Source of the DNA: a virus
Taxonomy: Duplodnaviria; Caudoviricetes
Direction: 5' to 3' (one strand)
Virus record (IMG/VR): IMGVR_UViG_3300032239_001203
Location: 1-27,594 of that record
Length of the DNA stretch: 27,594 nucleotides
The translations under genes and the position numbers were made by a program. This document shows positions 1 to 7,410 of this stretch, piece by piece (the stretch's first letter is position 1; each line of letters begins with the position of its first letter). The notes under the pieces were generated by a model, which was not told the DNA's origin, made no database searches, and saw nothing but the letters and a program-made list of their open reading frames with translations.

Positions 1-365
1 GAGATTTCTTTTCCACTTTTAGTAGCAAAGATATTCTCAGCAACTTCAAGACCTTTCATACAAGCGTGGTCTTTACCATAACGATGCCGATACTCATTAC
101 AAAGGGCAAATCCGTGCCGAATCAACCAAGCAAGGTTTTCGTGGGATTTTGCTGCCCATTGAGTACAGGGATGATTGCGGAAGGCGCCCTTTTCTGTACT
201 GTACGGCAGACCGTCTTTTTTGGGAATGTATCCCCAATCATAGTACCACTTGGAGAAGATGACAGAGACCATCTGACAGGTCTCTAGGGGCATTTTGACG
301 ACGTGTTTATCGGGAAGTGCCACGGCAGAAAGCACAGGGCAAGAATCATTCACAAAGATATTCAT
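1..365 (-). CDS. Pyrimidine-dimer DNA glycosylase (DenV/Pyr_excise)-like protein, partial (runs off left edge)
   Basis: Not in the ORF track; read by hand from ATG at 365: MNIFVNDSCPVLSAVALPDKHVVKMPLETCQM...KGAFRNHPCTQWA...LCNEYRHRYGKDHAC. The MNIF, DKHVVKMxLExxQM, NHPCxxW and EYxxRYGKxH motifs are typical of this family. The frame stays open to the window edge. Confidence 0.75.
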   Translation of the reverse strand, partial: MNIFVNDSCPVLSAVALPDKHVVKMPLETCQMVSVIFSKWYYDWGYIPKKDGLPYSTEKGAFRNHPCTQWAAKSHENLAWLIRHGFALCNEYRHRYGKDHACMKGLEVAENIFATKSGKEI

Positions 366-367
366 AA

Positions 368-796
368 TTAAAAGCAGAACTTTTTAACATAATAGCGTAC
401 TTTTTCTGGTTTGTCTTCCAAAAAATACGCTTCATGTTCCCTCATTTGAACTCTGTAGTTACCAGTCAATTGCATTGAATTGCGGATATCTTGGAGTTTA
501 TTGCTAGGTAGAGGCATTTTAGATTTTGGAATTCCAATAAGATCATTCCCACCTTTACAATTTTGAGCGGCATGAGTTGCCTCATGATATACAGTTTCGT
601 TCAAATAAAATCGAAAGTCGTATCCACTACTTTTAATATTTTTGGTACACACAATAAACTTTTTTGGTTTATCTGCATATCCAAAAATATTATGGTTAGA
701 ACAAAGACCTACATTTTCTCTAATATCGAATCTTGCCTTAGCAAGATCATTCATAATGTTATTGCCAATTGGCGTCAAATAGAGAAAGAATCCCAT
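368..796 (-). CDS. Small putative zinc metallopeptidase (HEXXH)
   Basis: ETVYHEATHAAQ (HEXXH) with a downstream REHEAY as candidate third ligand. ATG at 796 overlaps the gp45 stop (TGATG). Confidence 0.6.
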   Translation of the reverse strand: MGFFLYLTPIGNNIMNDLAKARFDIRENVGLCSNHNIFGYADKPKKFIVCTKNIKSSGYDFRFYLNETVYHEATHAAQNCKGGNDLIGIPKSKMPLPSNKLQDIRNSMQLTGNYRVQMREHEAYFLEDKPEKVRYYVKKFCF

Positions 797-1482
797 CAAT
801 TAAACTTCGAATCAGGTTCAAGAGCAATATAATACTTCAGATTGTACTTGGCATTGACAAATTGTGACAAAAGTTTTTGTGAAACAACAACATCATAGGC
901 ACCAGGAATAATCTTGATATTTTCAACCTTAAAGTTAAAGGTGAATTCACTATCAGTCTCACCGACGACAATAGAGTATTCGTTCGAAGTATCATTCTTC
1001 TTATCACGAACTACAAGACGAATTACACCTGCTTCTCCAATTGCAGAAAGATCAGGAAGTTGATAGACTGCTGCTGCCTTAAGAAGTTTCTCCAATGATG
1101 CGTGTTCCAATTGGAAGCAAACATCTTCAGAAGGAAGTTGAATCTCTTTATCGGGGGGAGAGATAATTACATTTGGATCAGCAAAGAAATACTTAACTCT
1201 ACGCTTACCTTCCCGAATCACAATATGCGAATCATTTGTAAAATCTAGTTCAGGATCTTGGTGAAGACTGAGACCATTCAGAAACTGATTCAGGTCATAA
1301 ATCGCAAAGTTGCGGGGAAACTCTTCAATAATATCTGCTTCGGCAAGAATGTTCTTTGCCACAGAGATAGTACGGAGTTTATTGCCTTGTTTGACCAGAA
1401 TAGAGTTGTTAATTCCAGCAAAGTTCTTGAGAATAGTCAGAGAGTTGTCAGAGAGTTTCATAATTTGTGGTTTGAGTTTCAT
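796..1482 (-). CDS. gp45: DNA polymerase sliding clamp
   Basis: MKLSxxxLxILKNFAGINNSIL...FAIYDLNQFL...YYIALEPDS, the T4 gp45 family pattern. Start is ATG 1482 or 1461 rather than TTG 1488. Confidence 0.95.
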   Translation of the reverse strand: MKLKPQIMKLSDNSLTILKNFAGINNSILVKQGNKLRTISVAKNILAEADIIEEFPRNFAIYDLNQFLNGLSLHQDPELDFTNDSHIVIREGKRRVKYFFADPNVIISPPDKEIQLPSEDVCFQLEHASLEKLLKAAAVYQLPDLSAIGEAGVIRLVVRDKKNDTSNEYSIVVGETDSEFTFNFKVENIKIIPGAYDVVVSQKLLSQFVNAKYNLKYYIALEPDSKFN

Positions 1483-1484
1483 TA

Positions 1485-1946
1485 TCAACGGAATTCGGTA
1501 AGTCCATTATCCTTGCGGGAATAGTGACCGTCAAAGTGAATGAGTAGCATAGCATAGTGAATGACTTTCATCAAGTCACGTTTGTTGCGTCCATCCTTAT
1601 CGCCATAGCGTGAACCATATTTAAGAATGTTTGCTTGGCAGAAACCTGTGGCAAGTTTCTTAGCTGCCATCAGGTCAATAGTTTGAATGTCAGAATAACC
1701 ATCTTGATCACCACAATAATGACCATGATAAGTACCAGTTACATAATCCTCAACTTCTTTGAGGATTTTATCTTCGTTGTACTTCCAAAGATGATTTTTA
1801 GATTCGCTCATAGTAATACTTTCCTTTTTAATATCATAAACATCCCCTTTAGATTCTAAAAGGGTGTACTTGTGGGAGTTCACAAGATTTTTTTCATCTT
1901 CTGGATCTTGCATAACATCGTAAAGTAAACTCCAAGAATTAGTCAT
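1485..1946 (-). CDS. Conserved phage protein, DUF3310 / T7 gp1.7-like (possible nucleotide kinase)
   Basis: HY...IQTIDLM...GFCQANILKYGSRYGDKDG...DLMKVIHYA. Start placed at ATG 1946 because the TTG at 1979 lies within the -10 box. Confidence 0.6.
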   Translation of the reverse strand: MTNSWSLLYDVMQDPEDEKNLVNSHKYTLLESKGDVYDIKKESITMSESKNHLWKYNEDKILKEVEDYVTGTYHGHYCGDQDGYSDIQTIDLMAAKKLATGFCQANILKYGSRYGDKDGRNKRDLMKVIHYAMLLIHFDGHYSRKDNGLTEFR

Positions 1947-1978
1947 AATAAGGGGAAGGCACATTTTTACCTTCCCCA

Positions 1979-2007
1979 ATTATATCAGAAAGGAGTGGGT
2001 TCGTCAA
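1979..2007 (-). promoter_or_regulatory. sigma70-type promoter TTGACG-N17-TATAAT (TG-extended) overlapping the 3' end of cobS
   Basis: -35 at 2007-2002, 17-nt spacer, -10 at 1984-1979, followed by a GGGGAAGG/CCTTCCCC hairpin. Confidence 0.8.
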
Positions 2008-3115
2008 TATATGGAAGAACTTCATTTGATACCGTAGTAGGCATCTGAAAATCAGCATCCACTTTATCATACAGTTCCAGGAAGCATTGCTTGGTTTCAT
2101 CGTCAAAACGATTGGTGCAAACTTGAATTGCCTTTGCTTTATCTTGGAAGATGCTATAGGCACGGATAATATGAACCAAACGGCGAGTGCTAATGATTTC
2201 CTCAATACCCCCATCATAGAAGGTTTTACGTATGATGTCCGCCCAATCTACAATGCGCTTGCAGAAGTCACGGTCTTCCACACCAAGGTCCAGAGCAACG
2301 CCTTCTAGGATCTTCTGCTCTACGGCAGGGGCAGGATAGGACTGTTCGAAGGTTACAGGGAAACGCTCTAAGAACGCCTCATTGAGCACATTAGTGCCGA
2401 TGAAGCGACCATCATCAGAACCTTTACCTTTGGTATTAGCAGTGGCAACTACAGTAAATCCAGAAGCAGGTTTGACAAAACGACCAATCTTTTTCAGGAA
2501 TACGCCTTTACCTTCTAGGATGGATTGGAGGCAAAGGATTTTATTAGATGCAAGATCCACCTCATCGAGAAGTAGGACAGCGCCACGTTGGAGGGCTTCG
2601 ATAACGGGACCGTTGTGCCAAACAGTTTCGCCATTAACAAGGCGGAAACCACCGATGAGATCATCTTCATCAGTTTCTACTGTAATATTTACACGAATCA
2701 ATTCACGCTTAAGTTGAGCACAAACTTGCTCCACACTGAACGTTTTACCATTACCCGAAAGACCCGTAATGAACGTCGGATAAAAAAGATTGGAAGCAAT
2801 AATTTTTTTAATATCGTTAAAATTACCAAACTTGACGAAGGTATCATCTTTATCAGGAATAAGATTTTGTTCCACAGCAGGAAGAGCAGCAGGTGCTTGA
2901 TAGGTACGTTCGATTTGTTCGACTTTCTCTTGAGTGACTTCCAGGTTCCATTTACCACGTTGAACTTTAAACTCATCAAGTTTATTCGTCACAGTTTGGT
3001 AATTAGAACCATTCATAGCACACCAAGCTTTGATTTCGGCAGAATTAACTTCACTACCATAAAGTGCTTTAAGGGAAGAGATGATGTAATCAAGACTCAT
3101 TTTGGAACGAGGCAT
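1985..3115 (-). CDS. cobS: CobS-like / MoxR-family AAA+ ATPase
   Basis: Walker A GLSGNGKT, Walker B LLLDEVD, ATANTKGKG, NEAFLERF, ISTRRL; the typical cyanomyovirus cobS-like gene. Confidence 0.9.
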   Translation of the reverse strand: MPRSKMSLDYIISSLKALYGSEVNSAEIKAWCAMNGSNYQTVTNKLDEFKVQRGKWNLEVTQEKVEQIERTYQAPAALPAVEQNLIPDKDDTFVKFGNFNDIKKIIASNLFYPTFITGLSGNGKTFSVEQVCAQLKRELIRVNITVETDEDDLIGGFRLVNGETVWHNGPVIEALQRGAVLLLDEVDLASNKILCLQSILEGKGVFLKKIGRFVKPASGFTVVATANTKGKGSDDGRFIGTNVLNEAFLERFPVTFEQSYPAPAVEQKILEGVALDLGVEDRDFCKRIVDWADIIRKTFYDGGIEEIISTRRLVHIIRAYSIFQDKAKAIQVCTNRFDDETKQCFLELYDKVDADFQMPTTVSNEVLPYIDEPTPF

Positions 3116-3143
3116 AGTCAGGTGGTTTTGTTTAACTGAAGTA

Positions 3144-3200
3144 ATTATAGCAATAAAAAGGGGGCATTACTGCCCCCCTGTGACGGTTTGGAAAGTGTCC
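3144..3200 (-). promoter_or_regulatory. Dyad box - 29 nt - TATAAT promoter module, copy 1 (upstream of cobS)
   Basis: Minus strand GGACACTTTCCAAACCGTCACA-N29-TATAAT; 19 nt identical to 6086-6104. Confidence 0.75.
3152..3178 (-). terminator. Intrinsic terminator (GUAA tetraloop)
   Basis: GGGGGCA-GTAA-TGCCCCC-TTTTTATT, just downstream of the 3200-3844 gene. Confidence 0.8.
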
Positions 3201-3844
3201 TAAGTTAATGAATAGCATTCCATCATAAATTGAGAAAAAGTTTTACCCTCTCCAAGTTTTGCCATTTGCACTCCTGTTTTTGGATTTCTTTCACCCATAC
3301 CTAATTTAGTATAAATTCTACCTCTCTGTTCAGCACCTTCTTCATCACTTCTTTTTCTTTTTTTGCCCGAAGATGAAATTGCAGTAGGAGTATTGGTAGC
3401 AACACCCTTACGCTCTTTCATTTTATCTTTAACATCTTTTAGAGCACCAACAAATTGTCTAGCTCTTTGTCCAGGATCTTTTACTTTAGATTTTGGAGAA
3501 CCTACAGTAATATCGTGAACCTCACTATCTTTTTTTGCACCAGTCTGATGAAACTGTCTTTTTAATTGTTTAGTGTTTGTTTTTTCACCTTCTCTATGTG
3601 CCTTTCTAGCAGTATGAGCAGCATAATCTCCAGGAGACTTATGAGTTCTTACCCATACAGGAACATCAGTCCCACTCTTTTCAACTTTTGGTTCTTGAAT
3701 CGGACCCTTCTTACGAAAACCAGCACGAGCAACATCTTTTCTTGCTGCACCCTCAGAACCACGCATAGGCATAGTTCCAGATTTACTGGTTTTTGCTGCC
3801 TTCATTAGCGTCCTTTCATCGAGGAGTTCTTCCCGAAACTGCAT
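3200..3844 (-). CDS. Basic hypothetical late protein, putative internal head protein
   Basis: K/R-rich, with N-terminal MQFREELLDE and C-terminal LGE-GKTFSQFMME. It has its own late promoter and terminator. Start is ATG 3844 (alternative GTG 3856). Confidence 0.7.
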   Translation of the reverse strand: MQFREELLDERTLMKAAKTSKSGTMPMRGSEGAARKDVARAGFRKKGPIQEPKVEKSGTDVPVWVRTHKSPGDYAAHTARKAHREGEKTNTKQLKRQFHQTGAKKDSEVHDITVGSPKSKVKDPGQRARQFVGALKDVKDKMKERKGVATNTPTAISSSGKKRKRSDEEGAEQRGRIYTKLGMGERNPKTGVQMAKLGEGKTFSQFMMECYSLT

Positions 3845-3865
3845 TTTTATAAACACTCTTTTGAG

Positions 3866-3873
3866 TATTTATT
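3866..3873 (-). promoter_or_regulatory. T4-type late promoter AATAAATA
   Basis: Overlaps the stop codon of the CobT-like gene, about 22 nt before the next ATG. Confidence 0.7.
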
Positions 3874-6029
3874 CAAGCAACTAGTTCCATAAACTCCCCG
3901 AGAACTTTTTTATTCATTTTCTTACTCTTCAAACTCTTCACAAAGGCAGATTTGATTTGAGTCTTGGTGGCATCATTGGCAACCTCAAACTCTGCATCAT
4001 TTGAAAGAGCAGAAGAAGAAAGTCCAAAGTAAGTATGATACCCAGAGTTCTTAATAGAGAAAGATTTCTCTTTCTTCCAACTATTCATAATTTTATCATA
4101 ATCAGAACTAACCCATCCAGTATAGCGACGAACAAAATAACCAACATCACGAGATTCAATAATCCTCATACCAATAAAATTGACAGAAGGAAACTTATCT
4201 CGAAGATTATGAAGAAGCGTATCAGTAAGATCAGATTTTAGAGAATAGGTGTTTCCAGTATTACGATCACGTAAAAATGAATTACTCCCAAGACCATTCA
4301 AACCAAGATAAGGATCTTTCTCATAAGAACGATTAAACTCCTTATGGTACTTCAGTGAATGCGCTTCACCATCGGTCAGAATTACACACTGAACTTTCTG
4401 CAGTTTATTCTCTTTCTGGAAAGTAGGGAGAATTTCATGAAGGGCAATCAAGCTCTCATTCAAAGGAGTACCCGAAAGATTCCATCCGATTGGAGTATAA
4501 TAACGTCCACGATAGGAGTCACCAAAACTACAGGCAACCCGATAGATATTCAACATTTGCTCTTCCATAGTCCTAGTATTTGTTTTACTAGTAAGAATAT
4601 TCATCAGAGAGAACTGATCATTAATATGAATCAACCCATCTTTCTTTTGATATGAAGGTTTCGGCATAATCGGTTTATGATTTTCATCATACTTAATGAT
4701 TGGATAATCATTTGTAAAAGCATAGACCTCAAAAGGAATGTTGACTTTCTTACAGAACCAGGTGAGATTAAAGAGTTGCTTTACAGTATCCAACATCACA
4801 CGATCCATAGAACCAGACCAGTCCAGAATGAATACTAAACCATGATTCTTGCCGTCTGCAAGGGTTGTAACCTTGCGGAACAGGTCTTCGTTGTATTTGT
4901 AGGTATGAAGCTTGGTACAGTCCAGAACGCCTGTACGGGCGGTTGTGGCACGTGCATAGCTATCTGCTGCCTTACGGCACTCAAATTCTTTCACAAGATA
5001 ATTGACTTCCTTTTGTGCCGAACGCTTGAACTCACGGAACTCTTTATCTATTGAACCAAAGATTTCATTAGATTGATATTCATTACGATCAAGATAAGAA
5101 GCCCAAGATTCCTTACACTTATTATGAACGTCAGCATTATTTACAATGATTTGATTTACATTCAGTTTAGGAATCTCCACATAAACATTCTCATAAGCAT
5201 CCTGATTTACAAGATCTTTGAGTGCTTCTTCTAGATTGTCAACGGTCTTGACTTCTGGTTCTTCATCTTCTTCAGATACTTTATCACCTCCCATTTCGGT
5301 TTGTTCGTTCCCACTTTCACCATCCTCACCATCCTCATCAGAACTTGAACCACTATCACCTCCCATTTCAGGTTGGTCGTTCTCACCTTCCTCTTGATCC
5401 ATAAAATCAGAGGCAGGTGAACTACCACCAGACTGCGGTTTTTCCTGAGAATCTACATCAGATTTATTTTCTTTTTTTTGGTTTTTCTTACAGTACTTAT
5501 AAAGAACTTCGGCAGCATCCAGTGCATCAGCAAAAGTTTCTGCATCAGCGATCTGATTGATAATATCCTGCTCTTCTACCGTAAAATCAAGAGAGATAAA
5601 ATTACCAACTTTAAAATAAAGATTGGCGCGATCAGCAAGATTATAAGTAGAAATATCTTCATCCTCCAACTGAAAGAAGTCCTCATCACTCAGTTCCTCA
5701 TACCCTTTGTAGAAAGTTTTAGCAAGACCAGCATAACGACGCTTCATCAGTTTTTCAATGCGAGCATCCTCAGTTACATTCACAAACTGAGGAGGAACTC
5801 TACGATTTTGACTCCAATCTTCATCAGGTGTGAAAAGTGCATGACCGACTTCATGACCCACCAAAAGATCATAGACAGTATTACTTGCCCTCTCCCACAT
5901 CGGCAGAGTGAGGACACGGGTATGAACGTTAAAGCAGGCGGTCTCTACTTTGTTCCTGTGCTCAACCACAAGGTCTTCGGTGGCAAGAAGCTTTGCGAGT
6001 TGGGACTTGATTTCGTGATTGACGGGCAT
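3873..6029 (-). CDS. CobT-like protein: N-terminal HEXXH domain, acidic linker, C-terminal VWA domain (MoxR partner)
   Basis: HEVGHALFTP, EDARIEK, D/E-rich linker, MIDAS LDWSGSM, GTPL and LTDG. Confidence 0.85.
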   Translation of the reverse strand: MPVNHEIKSQLAKLLATEDLVVEHRNKVETACFNVHTRVLTLPMWERASNTVYDLLVGHEVGHALFTPDEDWSQNRRVPPQFVNVTEDARIEKLMKRRYAGLAKTFYKGYEELSDEDFFQLEDEDISTYNLADRANLYFKVGNFISLDFTVEEQDIINQIADAETFADALDAAEVLYKYCKKNQKKENKSDVDSQEKPQSGGSSPASDFMDQEEGENDQPEMGGDSGSSSDEDGEDGESGNEQTEMGGDKVSEEDEEPEVKTVDNLEEALKDLVNQDAYENVYVEIPKLNVNQIIVNNADVHNKCKESWASYLDRNEYQSNEIFGSIDKEFREFKRSAQKEVNYLVKEFECRKAADSYARATTARTGVLDCTKLHTYKYNEDLFRKVTTLADGKNHGLVFILDWSGSMDRVMLDTVKQLFNLTWFCKKVNIPFEVYAFTNDYPIIKYDENHKPIMPKPSYQKKDGLIHINDQFSLMNILTSKTNTRTMEEQMLNIYRVACSFGDSYRGRYYTPIGWNLSGTPLNESLIALHEILPTFQKENKLQKVQCVILTDGEAHSLKYHKEFNRSYEKDPYLGLNGLGSNSFLRDRNTGNTYSLKSDLTDTLLHNLRDKFPSVNFIGMRIIESRDVGYFVRRYTGWVSSDYDKIMNSWKKEKSFSIKNSGYHTYFGLSSSALSNDAEFEVANDATKTQIKSAFVKSLKSKKMNKKVLGEFMELVA

Positions 6030-6050
6030 TAGTGGTTTTCAGATGACCCT

Positions 6051-6106
6051 ATTATACAAAAAAAGGAGGTCTTGCGACCCCCCAGTGTGACGGTTTGGAA
6101 AGTGGT
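6051..6106 (-). promoter_or_regulatory. Dyad box - 29 nt - TATAAT promoter module, copy 2 (upstream of the CobT-like gene)
   Basis: Minus strand ACCACTTTCCAAACCGTCACA-N29-TATAAT. Confidence 0.75.
6058..6083 (-). terminator. Intrinsic terminator (GCAA tetraloop)
   Basis: GGGGGTC-GCAA-GACCTCC-TTTTTTT. Confidence 0.8.
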
Positions 6107-6110
6107 TAAA

Positions 6111-7172
6111 TTATCTATTGAGTTGCTTCTTCTCGTTAGGAGTTAAAGTAGCAGTTCCTCTCTGCATTCCTCTTGCTGCTTGCAGTGCCTTCACTGCAGG
6201 ATCACTTGATTGATAACCATATCCACGAAGACCAGGACTTGATGAAGTGGTTGTGCGATGAGCACCTCTCTGCGCCCTAGCATAATTTTGTCTTTGCTGG
6301 TCTTTCTTAGGATTATAAGTTGGTCTGTTTTCAAGTGCAGTTGCTCTATCTGCTGCCTCACCACCACCTGTTGATTTTGCAATCTTATTACGAATTGCAG
6401 TTTCATCATGACCTCTCTTAGCCATTGCAGTTTTTTCCACAATATCATCTCTCCACTCTTCACTCATATTCACCATAATTGCTTCTGCTGCTTCTTGAGT
6501 ATCAGCATAACCTTCATCAATCAAATATTCCATAATATATTCATCATTTAATCCCTTTCTTGCAACGTGTCCAACAAGTCTAGCAGTACCCGATGCACCT
6601 TTACCAACTTCACGAGCAACTCCACCAACTTTTTTAGCTACATTACTAATCGTCTTTCCAGTTTCTTTTGCAGCACTCATAGCAGCATTATGCCTTTTAA
6701 TACCCGCATCAACCGCACCAACAACACGATCTAAGAATCCTGGTTTTTTAGGTTGTTTCTTTGCAGCAGCAGCAACAGCAGATTGTCTCTGAAGCGAAGC
6801 TTTCATTCCTGATGGTTTTTCAGTAGATGCCTTTTCTTCCGATTCACTTCTTGCTGCCTTTTGAGCACGAAGCCTTTTTAAAGATGCTGCGGTTGGTTTA
6901 CCTTGGATTTCTTTTCCTTTAGCAGTTTTAACTTCAATCTTTGCACCACCTGCACGTGCTTCTGTTAAAACATACTCTTCAGCAATATCATAAACAAACT
7001 CAGCAAACTCTTCCACACCAAGTTCTTCAATGAGAATATCAACACCATCCTCATTCAAACCCATTTCATAAAAATATTGTGCAGCAATTTGAACCTCTTC
7101 AGTAAGTTCCTGTTGTGGAGTATAAATGGAAGAATAAGCTTCCCAAAGACCGATAATTTCTTGATCTCTCAT
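6111..7172 (-). CDS. Hypothetical late protein with alternating acidic and basic modules, putative processed internal head protein
   Basis: Long ORF directly after TATAAATA, with ATG at 7172 (MRDQEIIGLWEAYSSIY). Contains a YLIDEGYAD...MSEEW module and LTE/A and IVE/K junctions. Confidence 0.75.
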   Translation of the reverse strand: MRDQEIIGLWEAYSSIYTPQQELTEEVQIAAQYFYEMGLNEDGVDILIEELGVEEFAEFVYDIAEEYVLTEARAGGAKIEVKTAKGKEIQGKPTAASLKRLRAQKAARSESEEKASTEKPSGMKASLQRQSAVAAAAKKQPKKPGFLDRVVGAVDAGIKRHNAAMSAAKETGKTISNVAKKVGGVAREVGKGASGTARLVGHVARKGLNDEYIMEYLIDEGYADTQEAAEAIMVNMSEEWRDDIVEKTAMAKRGHDETAIRNKIAKSTGGGEAADRATALENRPTYNPKKDQQRQNYARAQRGAHRTTTSSSPGLRGYGYQSSDPAVKALQAARGMQRGTATLTPNEKKQLNR

Positions 7173-7191
7173 TTTTTCAAGACTTTTCAAT

Positions 7192-7199
7192 TATTTATA
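7192..7199 (-). promoter_or_regulatory. T4-type late promoter TATAAATA
   Basis: Exact T4 gp55 consensus, directly after a terminator U-tract. Confidence 0.85.
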
Positions 7200-7335
7200 A
7201 AAAAACACCCCTTTCGGAGTGTTTCTTCTTAAAGGCTTTAAGTCGTGCCTTTGCTTGTCGGAGTGCCTGCGGTTTGAGTTTCCGTTTCTGCTCCTTCTTA
7301 GAATGATGCTGCCAGTTTGGAGTGTTTGACATCAT
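7195..7335 (-). CDS. 46-aa basic hypothetical protein
   Basis: Read by hand: MMSNTPNWQHHSKKEQKRKLKPQALRQAKARLKAFKKKHSERGVFL, with a GGAGA RBS and a promoter module upstream. Confidence 0.7.
   Translation of the reverse strand: MMSNTPNWQHHSKKEQKRKLKPQALRQAKARLKAFKKKHSERGVFL
7199..7224 (-). terminator. Intrinsic terminator (GAAA tetraloop)
   Basis: AAACACTCC-GAAA-GGGGTGTTT followed by a T run. Confidence 0.7.
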
Positions 7336-7355
7336 TAGTCTCCGTGAATAGGTCT

Positions 7356-7410
7356 ATTATAGAGCAAAAACACAGATCAGGGAATTGAATGTGCCACTTT
7401 AGAAACCGAC
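7356..7410 (-). promoter_or_regulatory. Dyad box - 28 nt - TATAAT promoter module, copy 3
   Basis: Minus strand GTCGGTTTCTAAAGTGGCACA-N28-TATAAT; half-sites swapped relative to copies 1 and 2. Confidence 0.65.

Noticed and set aside
200-225. Possible frameshift at the A6 run in the DenV-like gene
   Set aside because: On recount the run is six nt (CCC AAA AAA GAC), so the frame is intact.
2588-3139. 183-aa plus-strand ORF and the other plus-strand ORFs in the track, such as 5478-6032 and 23047-23400
   Set aside because: Antisense shadows of well-supported minus-strand genes, with no motifs or expression signals.
3179-7410. The 19-nt repeat as a CRISPR repeat, att site or IS end
   Set aside because: Copies are kilobases apart, sit at a fixed distance from TATAAT, and there is no cas, integrase or transposase gene, so a promoter element fits better.
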